From NCBI GenBank assembly GCA_963691875.1, contig OY829846.1:4576001-4640000 (forward strand): a stretch of 64,000 bases of DNA, read 5' to 3'. The translations under genes were made by a program, and so were the position numbers. This DNA comes from Aureliella sp. Its GTDB lineage: Bacteria > Planctomycetota > Planctomycetia > Pirellulales > Pirellulaceae. Below are positions 8,166-17,749 of this stretch, piece by piece (within the stretch, counting starts at the first letter, position 1; each line of letters starts with the position of its first letter). Under the pieces are notes generated by a model that did not search any database, was not told where the DNA came from, and was given only the letters and a program-made list of their open reading frames with translations.

Positions 8166-9587
8166 ATGAGCCAATTGCTAAGGTTTGATCCTTCAGCCGC
8201 CTTCATTCCTGATACTGGTTTGGACCCCTCGGATATCGCTAGCTTGGGAGCTCAGCTCGAGAGGGTTCGTGACGAAGTCTGCGACATCGACGTCAAGATG
8301 CTGGCCGGCGAGATCGCAACGCCCGACGCGAAGCAGCCGCTCGATGCAGGTTTCTATCTGCTGCCTGAAAAGCTATTGGCCGATTACGAAGCGGACCGAA
8401 CTGGTAGCGAACTGGCTCGCATTCTGGCTTCAACAAAGAAGATGATGTCCGAAGTTGACCGAGTGGTCGTGCTCGGCATCGGCGGATCTTACATGGGTGC
8501 TCGAGCTTTGATGGATTCCTGCTGCCAGCCATATTTCAATGAGTTAAGCCGGGGTGAGCGAGGCAGCCGACCGAGAATCTACTTCGAAGGCAATAACGTC
8601 GACAACGACGCTTCCCAAGGCTTGATGCACTTGTTAGGCGCCGACAAAGGTGAAGCAGCTACCTGCGTTGATGATAGCTGGGGATTAGTCGTCATCAGCA
8701 AGAGTGGCGGTACTCTGGAAACGGCTTCCGCTTTCCGTCTGTACCTTGCCGCACTCGAAAAGAACTGTGGTGGGGATGCAGAGAAAGTTGCAAGTCGCAT
8801 CATTCCCGTGACGGGAGCGAGCGGGAAATTGCATAGCTTTGCGACAGAGCTGGGCTGCGGCGATGTTTTCCCAGTGCCAGACGGCGTGGGTGGTCGCTTC
8901 TCAGTTCTATCTGCTGTCGGCATCGTACCAGCAGCTTTGATGGGCATCAACGTGATGAAGTTGCTCGAAGGTGCCAAGGCGATGAACGAGCATTTTCGGG
9001 CGGCGAAGGCTGCGGACAATATCGTACTGCAGTACACAGGTGTAAATCACCTGATGGAAATCAAGCATGGCGCGAACATTCGCTTGCTAAGCATGTGGAG
9101 CAAGGCGCTGGAGTCAGCTGGCATGTGGTACGATCAGCTGCTCGCAGAAAGTCTCGGAAAAGAGCAAAAGGGAGCGATGCCACTAACCACGGTCAACACC
9201 CGCGATCTGCACTCGCGGCACCAGCAGCATCAGGAAGGTCGCCGTGATAAGATCGTGAACAATGTGATCGTTGAGAAGTATCGCTTCGATGCCCTGGCGA
9301 TCGGCAAGCGGGCTAGTGATCCTGATCAGCTGAACGATATTGCTGACAAGACATTGCCAGACGTGATGCAGGCCGCGATTCAGGGTACGAATCAAGCTTT
9401 GCGCGACGATGGGCGCCCAAGTACGAACTTGTTCATGCCTCAAGTAGATGAGTATTACTTGGGCCAATATTTCCAGATGTTGATGCTGGCCACAGTTGTC
9501 GAAGGGCGATTGATGGGTATCAATCCTTATGGTCAGCCTGGGGTGGAAGGCTACAAGATCAACATGAACCGCTTGCTCGGTCGTTAG
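8166..9587 (+). CDS. pgi: glucose-6-phosphate isomerase
   Basis: VLGIGGSYMG, VISKSGGTLET, VGGRFSVLS, QLLAESLGK, DLHS..Q and INPYGQPGVEGYK motifs. Confidence 0.93.
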   Translation: MSQLLRFDPSAAFIPDTGLDPSDIASLGAQLERVRDEVCDIDVKMLAGEIATPDAKQPLDAGFYLLPEKLLADYEADRTGSELARILASTKKMMSEVDRVVVLGIGGSYMGARALMDSCCQPYFNELSRGERGSRPRIYFEGNNVDNDASQGLMHLLGADKGEAATCVDDSWGLVVISKSGGTLETASAFRLYLAALEKNCGGDAEKVASRIIPVTGASGKLHSFATELGCGDVFPVPDGVGGRFSVLSAVGIVPAALMGINVMKLLEGAKAMNEHFRAAKAADNIVLQYTGVNHLMEIKHGANIRLLSMWSKALESAGMWYDQLLAESLGKEQKGAMPLTTVNTRDLHSRHQQHQEGRRDKIVNNVIVEKYRFDALAIGKRASDPDQLNDIADKTLPDVMQAAIQGTNQALRDDGRPSTNLFMPQVDEYYLGQYFQMLMLATVVEGRLMGINPYGQPGVEGYKINMNRLLGR

Positions 9588-9618
9588 TCACTGCTTCGAT
9601 CGGAGGTTTGCGGTTCGA

Positions 9619-10110
9619 GTGATTCGCCAGCCCTTAAGCCAAGCAATGATGCCGAGAAGAACAAAGAAAGTACCACTGAGGGGGCCCAGGCACTTTCAGT
9701 GGAACTGGCGCGGCTGGTTTGGCTCTCAGGCTGGTTGTTCAGCCTGGATGCTGTTCGGAGCCTTGATGCTTTGGCTCAAGTCGCCTTGGCTGGGCGGCTA
9801 CTGGCTCGCGCTGTTTGTGGTGCTTAATAGCGTTGGTTTCGGGCTCTATTTTCGTCGCGATCGCATTCTGCCTTATCCGGCTTTTCAGCTCCTCTTGCTT
9901 GCCTGTGGAGTGACGAGCATTTTCTCTTGGACTTTGCTGGTCGTGATGCGGCCAGATCTTTTGCCCTTGATGCAGGCAACTGCCTTGAAGGGCTATCTGT
10001 GTTTGATGATCATTCCGGGTATCATGCTCTCTTTCCATTTCAAGGAATCTGCGCCAACGCGGATTCGAAAGCTTGGCGAGAATGACGAGGAAGCATCGGG
10101 TGAGCATTGA
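9619..10110 (+). CDS. hypothetical membrane protein (~4 TM)
   Basis: Hydrophobic segments. Fills the gap between pgi and the MBL hydrolase and overlaps the latter's start. The start is uncertain. Confidence 0.65.
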   Translation: MIRQPLSQAMMPRRTKKVPLRGPRHFQWNWRGWFGSQAGCSAWMLFGALMLWLKSPWLGGYWLALFVVLNSVGFGLYFRRDRILPYPAFQLLLLACGVTSIFSWTLLVVMRPDLLPLMQATALKGYLCLMIIPGIMLSFHFKESAPTRIRKLGENDEEASGEH

Positions 10111-10786
10111 ACTGACTTGGTTGGGGCATGCATCTTGGTATTTGACGATTGGCGAACACAAAATTGTCATCGACCCTTTCTTGACAGAAAATCCTTCGGC
10201 GACAGCCAAGCCGGAGGATGTGGATGCGGATTTTGTGCTGATCACCCATGGGCATTTTGACCATGTTGCTGATGCAGCCGCCATTGCCAACCGGTGTAAC
10301 TCTCAGCTCGTCGCCATCTACGAGATTGCAACCTGGTTTGCCGAGAAGCACTCAGTCGAGAATACGATTGGCATGAATCTTGGTGGTGGCGTCGATCTAC
10401 CATTCGGTCGCCTGACGATGACCTTGGCTCATCACTCAAGTCAGCTTCCAGATGGCAGCTATGGTGGCAATCCCGCGGGATTTGTGGTTGAAGCAGATGG
10501 CAAGCGGCTTTACTTTGCCGGCGACACGGCCTTGTTCGGAGACATGAGCCTGATTGGCAATGGTGGATTGGACTTGGCAGTGCTGCCCATTGGTGACCTG
10601 TTCACTATGGGGCCAGCGGATAGCGTAGAGGCTTGCAAGTTGCTCGAGCCCAAGAAGGTGATTCCTGGTCATTACAACACTTGGCCTCCGATAGAGCAGG
10701 ACGCGGCAGCTTGGGCTCAGGTGGTGAGTGATGGCTGTGAGGCAGAACCCGTCGTAGCTGAAGTCGGTAAGTCGATCTCGCTCTAG
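10100..10786 (+). CDS. metal-dependent hydrolase, metallo-beta-lactamase fold (UPF0173-like)
   Basis: LTWLGHA, IDPF, THGHFDH, FAGDT, LPIGD.FTMG and PGHYNTW motifs. Confidence 0.9.
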   Translation: MSIELTWLGHASWYLTIGEHKIVIDPFLTENPSATAKPEDVDADFVLITHGHFDHVADAAAIANRCNSQLVAIYEIATWFAEKHSVENTIGMNLGGGVDLPFGRLTMTLAHHSSQLPDGSYGGNPAGFVVEADGKRLYFAGDTALFGDMSLIGNGGLDLAVLPIGDLFTMGPADSVEACKLLEPKKVIPGHYNTWPPIEQDAAAWAQVVSDGCEAEPVVAEVGKSISL

Positions 10787-10836
10787 TCTTGAATGTAAAA
10801 AATTTGCGGTGCCGGCAGGCCAGTGCACATGAAGTT

Positions 10837-11232
10837 ATGACCGATTCCGAACAGCCATCCGATAATCCTGAGTCGCAGGCCGATCCACTCTTCCCCGAAC
10901 AATCGGCGGCGGAGCCGGACTTTGTGACTGTTGCTAAGGTGGGCGAGATTCCCGAAGGCGAAGGGCGAGCCTATCCGGTCGGCAAACGCATGGTGGCCGT
11001 CTTTTTCAGCGAAGGCAAGTACTTTGCGATCGATGACTTTTGTCCACACCAAGGTGCTTCCTTGGCCGAGGGGTACATCGATTCAGCAAGCTGCTCGGTG
11101 GCTTGTCCTTGGCATCACTGGCGATTCTCCATCGACAATGGAACTTGGCTTGATAATCCCAAGATAGCGGTCGATAAGTTCGAGGTCCGAGTAATGGGCG
11201 AGAATATCCAGGTGGCAGAGCCGAACGAATGA
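10837..11232 (+). CDS. Rieske [2Fe-2S] ferredoxin (NirD-like)
   Basis: CPHQGASL and CPWHHWRF ligand boxes. Confidence 0.88.
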   Translation: MTDSEQPSDNPESQADPLFPEQSAAEPDFVTVAKVGEIPEGEGRAYPVGKRMVAVFFSEGKYFAIDDFCPHQGASLAEGYIDSASCSVACPWHHWRFSIDNGTWLDNPKIAVDKFEVRVMGENIQVAEPNE

Positions 11233-11258
11233 TGGGGTAGATTCGAGGGTGCTCTGGC

Positions 11259-11281
11259 CATGGCAAGGATGCCCATGCCAC
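11259..11281. repeat. degenerate REP-like short palindromic repeat
   Basis: CATGGCAAGGATGCCCATGCCAC, with related copies at ~56077, ~59962 (reverse orientation) and ~60994. Confidence 0.45.
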
Positions 11282-11432
11282 AGGGACGCCTAAAGGCTGT
11301 ACTCCACCAAAGAGCCTGGACTGCGGCAGTTTGGCCTGGGCGAAAGAGGCGATTTTGAGAGAATCTCACCTAAGCTCGTAATGAGTTCTCCTTGGTATCC
11401 GATTCGATTCTAGCTTAGAAAACTGCCTTCGA

Positions 11433-13034
11433 ATGTCTGCTGCAAAACGACCTGTTGTCTTGATCGTGCGTGATGGTTGGGGACACAACCCGAACCCGAG
11501 TTTCAATAAGCACAACGCCATCCACTTGGCAAATACCCCCATCGACGATCGACTGCTGAGGGAATATCCGCACACCCAGGTTAGCACATCCGGCGAAGAC
11601 GTTGGGCTACCCGATGGTGTCATGGGCAACAGTGAGGTCGGGCACCAAAACATTGGTGCAGGACGCATTGTGAATCAGCAATTGATGCGGATCACGCATG
11701 CGATTCGAGATGGCTCTTTCTTCGAAAATCAGACGCTAAAAAATGCAGTCGCGCACGTTGGCAAGACCGGCGGCAAGATTCACTTGCTGGGGCTGATGTC
11801 CACTGGCGGTGTACACGCCCACCTCGACCACGCTGTGGCCATTGTCGATATGCTCAAGCGAGAAGGCGTCGCCTCGGAGAAAGTTCTGGTGCATGCGATT
11901 ACGGATGGGCGTGATACGGCTCCCAAGTCAAGTTTGGATTTCGTGAAGAGTTTCGAAGCGGAGATCGCGAAGCTTGGCGTGGGGCGCATTGCGTCGATCG
12001 TTGGTCGCTTTTACGCAATGGATCGTGACTTCCGCTGGGAGCGTGTCGAACAGGCGTACAACTTGTTGGTGCGAGGCGGCAAGACTTACGCATCGGCCGA
12101 AGAAGCGATTCAGAACTACTACAATAACCCGAGCTCGGAGAACGAAACGGGCGACGAGTTTATCGTGCCGTGCAGCATCACTCCGGATGGTGACGCTTCG
12201 CAGAACTGTATCCAGTCCGGCGACACCGTCATCTTCTTCAACTACCGCGGTGATCGTCCGCGAGAAATCGCCAAGGCTTTCGTGCTCGAGGATGATGATT
12301 GGGCGGCAGTACCCAAGGGCGGTTTCGATCGCGGCACCAAGCTCGATGAATTGTACTTTGCGACCATGGCCCGATACGAGGAAACACTGGTCACCCAAGT
12401 GATCTTCGAGAAAGAAGATCGTATGGCCAACACGCTCGGCGAAGTGATCGCTGGTCATGGCATGTCGCAGCTGCGCTGTGCTGAGTCGGAGAAGCATCCG
12501 CATGTGACTTACTTCTTCAATGATTATCGCAAGGAGTGCTATGGTCGGGAGATGCAGTTGGATATTCCTTCGCCAAAGCACGTTGCGACCTACAACCAAT
12601 TGCCAGCGATGTCGGCGACTGGAGTCACCGATGCCGTAGTCAACGCGATCAATTCAGAGCTTTACGACTTCATCTTGGTCAACTACGCCAATGGCGATAT
12701 GGTTGGGCACACCGGTGTTTTGCAAGCTGCTGTGGAAGCCGTTGAGGCCGTTGACCACGGGGTGGGGCGTGTCATCGAAGCCATGATGCGGAAAGGCGGT
12801 GCCGCAATTGTGACCGCTGACCACGGTAACTGCGAACAGATGTTTGATCCTGACACCGGTGGGCCGCACACCAAGCATACTACCTACGATGTCGATCTCA
12901 TCGTGGTCGATGAGGCGCTGAGGAACGCCAAGTTGCAGGACGGCGGACGCCTGGCCGATATTGCTCCCACTTCTTTGCGTTTGCTTGGGCTGGATCAGCC
13001 GGGAGAGATGTCAGGGCAAAGTCTCATTCGGTAG
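11433..13034 (+). CDS. gpmI: 2,3-bisphosphoglycerate-independent phosphoglycerate mutase
   Basis: RDGWG, MGNSEVGH, DGRD, GRFYAMDRD, NGDMVGHTG and TADHGN motifs. Confidence 0.96.
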   Translation: MSAAKRPVVLIVRDGWGHNPNPSFNKHNAIHLANTPIDDRLLREYPHTQVSTSGEDVGLPDGVMGNSEVGHQNIGAGRIVNQQLMRITHAIRDGSFFENQTLKNAVAHVGKTGGKIHLLGLMSTGGVHAHLDHAVAIVDMLKREGVASEKVLVHAITDGRDTAPKSSLDFVKSFEAEIAKLGVGRIASIVGRFYAMDRDFRWERVEQAYNLLVRGGKTYASAEEAIQNYYNNPSSENETGDEFIVPCSITPDGDASQNCIQSGDTVIFFNYRGDRPREIAKAFVLEDDDWAAVPKGGFDRGTKLDELYFATMARYEETLVTQVIFEKEDRMANTLGEVIAGHGMSQLRCAESEKHPHVTYFFNDYRKECYGREMQLDIPSPKHVATYNQLPAMSATGVTDAVVNAINSELYDFILVNYANGDMVGHTGVLQAAVEAVEAVDHGVGRVIEAMMRKGGAAIVTADHGNCEQMFDPDTGGPHTKHTTYDVDLIVVDEALRNAKLQDGGRLADIAPTSLRLLGLDQPGEMSGQSLIR

Positions 13035-13158
13035 GAGTTGGCTTGTGAAGCGGTCCTCCTCTGCGGAGCGCTGTGCTCCATGATCGAGTGATCGAGTGAT
13101 CGAATTCGCCCGACGCCGAAACTTTTCGGCGGGTAAAAGTATGCTTGTACGAGGAGGT

Positions 13159-14166
13159 TTAGCTTCGCAGCTGCTGCATGACTTCGCTTACGATTTGCTC
13201 GATAAAGTCGTCCGTGGAAGGGGCAGGCGTATCAGGACTGGCGGGTTTGATATCAGGCAGCCACTGGCCTAGCTCACTGAGTATCTGTGATAGTTGAGCT
13301 TGGGTGCGTTTGGCCTCTTCGATCTGCTCGGCCGAAAGTGGTTGGCGACTTTGGCCGAGATCCCAACCTCTCGCCAAGGCTCCGCGCCGGAAGCCCTCTG
13401 GAAACTCAGGTTGTCCAATCATGGCGTCAAACAACGGCAGCAGCCGATATTGAAGCTGCATTGCGCGATCCCACTGCCCGCGCTGAGTTGCCTCGTAGAT
13501 AGCTCGCGTCAATTCGGGCACTACGCCGCTGGTTGCGTTTGTACCGCCGTTGCAGCCAGCCATCAGCATCGGAGCCAGAGCTGCTTCCCAGCCTGTCAGG
13601 AAGGAAAATTCGGGGCGCTGCGGCCTTACAGCAGCGATCATTCGCATCATGTGTGGCAGATCGCCAGAGCTGTCTTTGATCCCCACGATTCTCGGGCACT
13701 CCAGGGCCAGTCGTCGAACGGTAGGAACATCGATGGGGGAGGCGAACAGGGGAATGTTGTAGAGCGTGACGTCGACCGAGACCGTATCCGCGATTTCCTT
13801 GAAATACTGGTAAACCGCCTCGGGACCGATCTTGTAGTAAAACGGTGCGACGATAGCGACTGCCGTCACACCCATGGCTCCGTAAGCTTCGCAGGCATCG
13901 ATTGTTTCTCGCACGTTTGCTTCGGCTGCACCAGCAAGAATGGGAACTCGATTTCCGACATGGTTTGTCAGGACTTCGATGACACGACGGCGTTCTGGCG
14001 CAGTAAATCGCGTGAATTCGCCGGTGGATCCATTCGGGTAGAGGCCGTGCACTCCGCGTTCGATCAGCCAGTCGACATACCCGCAGAGTTTTTCTTCGTC
14101 GATGCGGCCGCGACCGTCGACTGGAGTGATGTGCGGAGTAAAGATGCCTTCCATAGGAGTAGTCAT
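13159..14166 (-). CDS. dihydrodipicolinate synthase/N-acetylneuraminate lyase family aldolase with C-terminal extension
   Basis: NGSTGEF, LYNIP and Schiff-base IKDSSG motifs, then a Pro-rich linker and an amphipathic helix at the C-terminus. Confidence 0.88.
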   Translation of the reverse strand: MTTPMEGIFTPHITPVDGRGRIDEEKLCGYVDWLIERGVHGLYPNGSTGEFTRFTAPERRRVIEVLTNHVGNRVPILAGAAEANVRETIDACEAYGAMGVTAVAIVAPFYYKIGPEAVYQYFKEIADTVSVDVTLYNIPLFASPIDVPTVRRLALECPRIVGIKDSSGDLPHMMRMIAAVRPQRPEFSFLTGWEAALAPMLMAGCNGGTNATSGVVPELTRAIYEATQRGQWDRAMQLQYRLLPLFDAMIGQPEFPEGFRRGALARGWDLGQSRQPLSAEQIEEAKRTQAQLSQILSELGQWLPDIKPASPDTPAPSTDDFIEQIVSEVMQQLRS

Positions 14167-14262
14167 AGCGGCGAGTTCTTGGTGTTATATCTCAGATGAT
14201 TGAAATTGCCGTTAACTTGCTGGCCGGCGGCCCATGTTTCCAGTCAGCGCCACGAGAAAAAG

Positions 14263-14622
14263 TTAGCGTCCTAGAAAGCGAATATAGCCAACTAGGCTCC
14301 GGATTTCTTCTTTGGTGAGTTTCTCTTCGAAGGCCGGCATGGCTTTGTTGAGCTTGACCGCCTCGCCGCCTTCGTGGATGACCCTAAAAATATGTTCGTC
14401 CGTGACGGAGTCTTGCCATTGGTTGTGTTTGAGATTTCGTGGACGCGCCGCAAGTGTACCAGCGATGTGCCCGTTTCCTGATCCGTCGCCATGGCAGCCT
14501 GAACAGTGCAGTCGATAAAGCTGTTCACGGGATAGCGTTTGCGGCTCTGCGGAACTGCCTTGGCAGCCAGCGGAGATTAGCAGCAAGAGGAATGCAAGCG
14601 TGGATCGTATTGGCAAATGCAT
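14263..14622 (-). CDS. monoheme c-type cytochrome, putative lipoprotein
   Basis: Lipobox-like LLLISAGC, CSGCH heme motif and distal Met in AMPAF. Confidence 0.85.
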   Translation of the reverse strand: MHLPIRSTLAFLLLLISAGCQGSSAEPQTLSREQLYRLHCSGCHGDGSGNGHIAGTLAARPRNLKHNQWQDSVTDEHIFRVIHEGGEAVKLNKAMPAFEEKLTKEEIRSLVGYIRFLGR

Positions 14623-14669
14623 CACGAGTATGAAGTGTTTGTCGATACTTAAGCGTGGCTATGTTCACT

Positions 14670-14702
14670 AAAAAAGGACACTGGCCGAAACCAGTGTCCT
14701 TT
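14670..14702 (-). terminator. intrinsic terminator of DUF1559 gene
   Basis: AAAGGACACTGG-loop-CCAGTGTCCTTT perfect stem with a 6-T tail on the minus strand. Confidence 0.85.
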
Positions 14703-14735
14703 GATGTTTAGAAACTCTAGATTAACCCAGAGAAC

Positions 14736-15917
14736 TTAAAGTCCAAGTTCGTGTTGGAAGGCTTCGCCACCGTTGGATGTTCCCATCGCCCCCCAAACGC
14801 CGTAAGGCGAAGGGCCTTGAACGGGAACTGGAGCAGAAAGGTTGCCGGTGTCGATGTTCTCACCAACGAAGTGGATTGAGCCATCTACCATGGCAACATT
14901 AACACCACCAGTGTGGTAGCTGTTTGCCGTGTAGATACCTTCTTGCCACTCACCACGCTGATTTGCACAGGATGGCGAGTTAGGTGGAAGGATGGCTGTG
15001 AAACCGCAAATCATCGTAAACCCAGAAGCCCACGCTTCACCATGACGGAAGTGGGAGGTTGGCAGAGAATAAGTACCGTTGCCAGCATTGGTGCTGAGCA
15101 GGGTGCTGTTCGGCCCTTTTTGGTTCTTACAGATGATTGGTGCGGCGCGGAATTCACCGCGAGGCACTACCAAGTAGTGACCGTGCAATTTTCCTTGTCC
15201 GTTGTAGATTGTGATTTCCGAGAACGCCAAGGTGTTCGAGGTACCGTCAACAACTTCGGCGATCCTCTTTCCCTTACCGGTACCCTGTTGGTTACGAGCT
15301 CCAGGAGAGGCCCAAACGATGTCGAACATACCACGAGAGCGGAAGGACCCCCACTCACCATTGTGCCGTCCATCAGTGCCACGAGTCGAGTCACCAAAGT
15401 TCCAAGCGTAGTTGATTGGAGCATTAGCAGTACTCCACCCCCAACCAGTTGAACCTGGGTCGGATGGGCACAAGAACGCAGGTACTCGAGAACGATAGTG
15501 GCTATAAGGTCGCAGCGAGTGTGGACCAAATGGCCGTGCTTGGCTCATGCCGCCTTCTGGAAGTCCCGCTTGAATCAAGTTGTAAAGCGGTGCTTGCTCG
15601 ATATAAGGTAGCATTTGAAGGAAGGCACTGTGGTGGCCACGCGAGCTTTCCCACGAACCGCCCCAGTTTGCAGGCAGAACGATTGGACCGTTCATTGCAC
15701 TAGGAAACACTTTGTTCGCACTTTCGTAGTTCAATGATGCCAATCCGAGTTGTTTCAGATTGTTCGAGCATTGCATACGTCGTGCAGCTTCACGAGCGGC
15801 TTGAACCGCTGGAAGCAAAAGTCCTACGAGGATACCGATGATTGCAATCACCACCAGCAGCTCCACGAGGGTAAAAGCGTAGGATCGTTTTTTGATCCTA
15901 CTAATCAACTTAGCCAT
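14736..15917 (-). CDS. DUF1559 prepilin-type protein
   Basis: [55 protein letters not shown] and [15 protein letters not shown]. Confidence 0.92.
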   Translation of the reverse strand: MAKLISRIKKRSYAFTLVELLVVIAIIGILVGLLLPAVQAAREAARRMQCSNNLKQLGLASLNYESANKVFPSAMNGPIVLPANWGGSWESSRGHHSAFLQMLPYIEQAPLYNLIQAGLPEGGMSQARPFGPHSLRPYSHYRSRVPAFLCPSDPGSTGWGWSTANAPINYAWNFGDSTRGTDGRHNGEWGSFRSRGMFDIVWASPGARNQQGTGKGKRIAEVVDGTSNTLAFSEITIYNGQGKLHGHYLVVPRGEFRAAPIICKNQKGPNSTLLSTNAGNGTYSLPTSHFRHGEAWASGFTMICGFTAILPPNSPSCANQRGEWQEGIYTANSYHTGGVNVAMVDGSIHFVGENIDTGNLSAPVPVQGPSPYGVWGAMGTSNGGEAFQHELGL

Positions 15918-16050
15918 AAAGACACTCCCATTAGAAAAGATAGATCGACAAATGGCGCATCAGCGCCTGCACAATATCGTATTGTCCATTGGAGCTCGGA
16001 TCAACCTTCTTTGTCTTTTTGGGCGTTTTTGTTTCCCTCGGAACCCCGGC

Positions 16051-17724
16051 TCACTTTGCTTCAACGAGGGTGATTTGTTGCCCTGCTTTGCAATCCACGT
16101 GTTGCCTCCTGCCAGATGGCCAAGCGATAGTAACTTTTACTACCTCTTGGGGGGAAACGCCAAAATGGGTCGCTGATCTTCGGTCGGATTGATAACTGTG
16201 CCCGCTCCGGACTTGCTCAACTTGAGTCCGTCGGCCATTTTGATTCACAAGAATCATAGCTCCTAAAGCATCGCGATTGCTTTCTGTCCCCACCAATTGC
16301 ACCGATATGTGGGAATCCACAGGGGTTGTAGTGGAATTTTGCATCAGTGTGGCAGAGTTGCGAGCATTCAATGCTATCGCGTCAATTCTACCGTCTTGAT
16401 TTAGGTCGCCTCCGAGCAATCCTCGTGTGGAACGCTTCACTTTCGCAGCAGTTCCCCAAGTGCCTTTTAAGTCTTTCAGCTGACCGTTGGCTTGACTGAG
16501 CACTACGTTTTTGACGTCAAATCCAGTGGTTTTAGCCGCGCCGCCGCGTGCTTGTTTGTCTTCGTCGAGGTCTCCAGTCCCGACCAGGAATTCAGGTTTG
16601 CCGTCGTTGTCGAAGTCTTCTCCGATGATGCCCCAGGTTACATGGGGGAAGGTGGCCGCCGAAGCCCCCATCTGCAAGGTGCTGTCACTAAAGAAGCCAT
16701 CTTCATTTCGGTAGAGCGTCGTAAACTCTTCTGAGAACGAGGTAACAAAAAGGTCCAGCAGCCCATCTCGATCGACATCGCACAGCTCAACTCCCATCGA
16801 AGCTTGAGGTTTGCCGGAAAAGTCAAAGGCAACTCCCGCGAACAAGCCGACTTCCTCGAACACTCCGTTGCCATCGTTCTCAAATAGAAAATTTGCTTGG
16901 GTGTCGTTGGCTACAAAGACATCGATGTCTCCGTCTTGGTCGTAATCGAAAGAAACCAGTCCCATGCTTCTCCCGGCAACTTTGTTGATTCCCGATGCAT
17001 CTGTCACATCTTGAAAAGTACCATCGCCGTTGTTTTCTAGCAAGTGGTCTTTCTCCGGCTGAAAGCTCATTGGGCTGGGGTAAGCCGGCAGTCCTTTATG
17101 AAAGTGGATTTTATGCTTACTTGCATCGAACTGGATGTAATTTCCAATGTAAAGGTCTAGGTCGCCATCACTGTCTTTGTCGAAGAAACTGACGCCTCCG
17201 CCCACACGCGAACCGCGGCCCGCAGATGCTAAGTTGATCATCTCGGAGAATGTGCCATCGCCGTTATTATGAAGCAGCGAATTCACCCCATAATTACTAA
17301 CGTAAATGTCTGGGCACCCGTCATTGTCGTAGTCAGCTACAGCAACACCAAGGCTCATGTTGGAGTCGGATACACCAGACTGTTCCGTGACGTCGGTGAA
17401 GTGGAAGTCTCCATCGTTGCGAAAGAGGCGATTGCTCTTGGGCTTTTGCCTCCCTTCTTCGGAAGAGCTAGACCCTGGGATCTCAATCCTTGAGCCGTTG
17501 AGGAGGAAGACGTCCAGATCGCCGTCGCCATCGTAGTCTAGCATGGCCAGACCAGCACTCATGCTTTCGATCAAAAAGAACTGCCCGTAGTGGCCATCTG
17601 TGTGAACGAAATCAAGGTTCCTGCTGATATCGTCAAGTTGGATAGAAGGCCGATCCTGGCCGCTAGCAGACTTGAGCGGTAAGAGGCATATTGTGAGGCA
17701 TACAGCAGCAATTGGTTTTTGCAT
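16051..17724 (-). CDS. CRTAC1 family protein (FG-GAP repeats + ASPIC/UnbV)
   Basis: Repeated D.D.DG..D motifs and a C-terminal SNRDALGA...GHSYQS...HFG...WPSG. Confidence 0.88.
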   Translation of the reverse strand: MQKPIAAVCLTICLLPLKSASGQDRPSIQLDDISRNLDFVHTDGHYGQFFLIESMSAGLAMLDYDGDGDLDVFLLNGSRIEIPGSSSSEEGRQKPKSNRLFRNDGDFHFTDVTEQSGVSDSNMSLGVAVADYDNDGCPDIYVSNYGVNSLLHNNGDGTFSEMINLASAGRGSRVGGGVSFFDKDSDGDLDLYIGNYIQFDASKHKIHFHKGLPAYPSPMSFQPEKDHLLENNGDGTFQDVTDASGINKVAGRSMGLVSFDYDQDGDIDVFVANDTQANFLFENDGNGVFEEVGLFAGVAFDFSGKPQASMGVELCDVDRDGLLDLFVTSFSEEFTTLYRNEDGFFSDSTLQMGASAATFPHVTWGIIGEDFDNDGKPEFLVGTGDLDEDKQARGGAAKTTGFDVKNVVLSQANGQLKDLKGTWGTAAKVKRSTRGLLGGDLNQDGRIDAIALNARNSATLMQNSTTTPVDSHISVQLVGTESNRDALGAMILVNQNGRRTQVEQVRSGHSYQSDRRSATHFGVSPQEVVKVTIAWPSGRRQHVDCKAGQQITLVEAK

Positions 17725-17749
17725 CGGATTCCTCAATTCAAGCGTAGGT

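Noticed and set aside
10837..11232. Rieske protein as nitrite reductase NirD or a ring-hydroxylating dioxygenase component
   Set aside because: No nirB or oxygenase subunit gene is adjacent, so it is left as a generic Rieske ferredoxin.
13081..13103. TGATCGAG tandem repeat (~3 copies)
   Set aside because: It is too short and has no spacers, so it is not a CRISPR array. No function is evident.
13294..14199. 301-aa plus-strand ORF
   Set aside because: It is an antisense shadow of the well-supported DHDPS-family gene and has no motifs.
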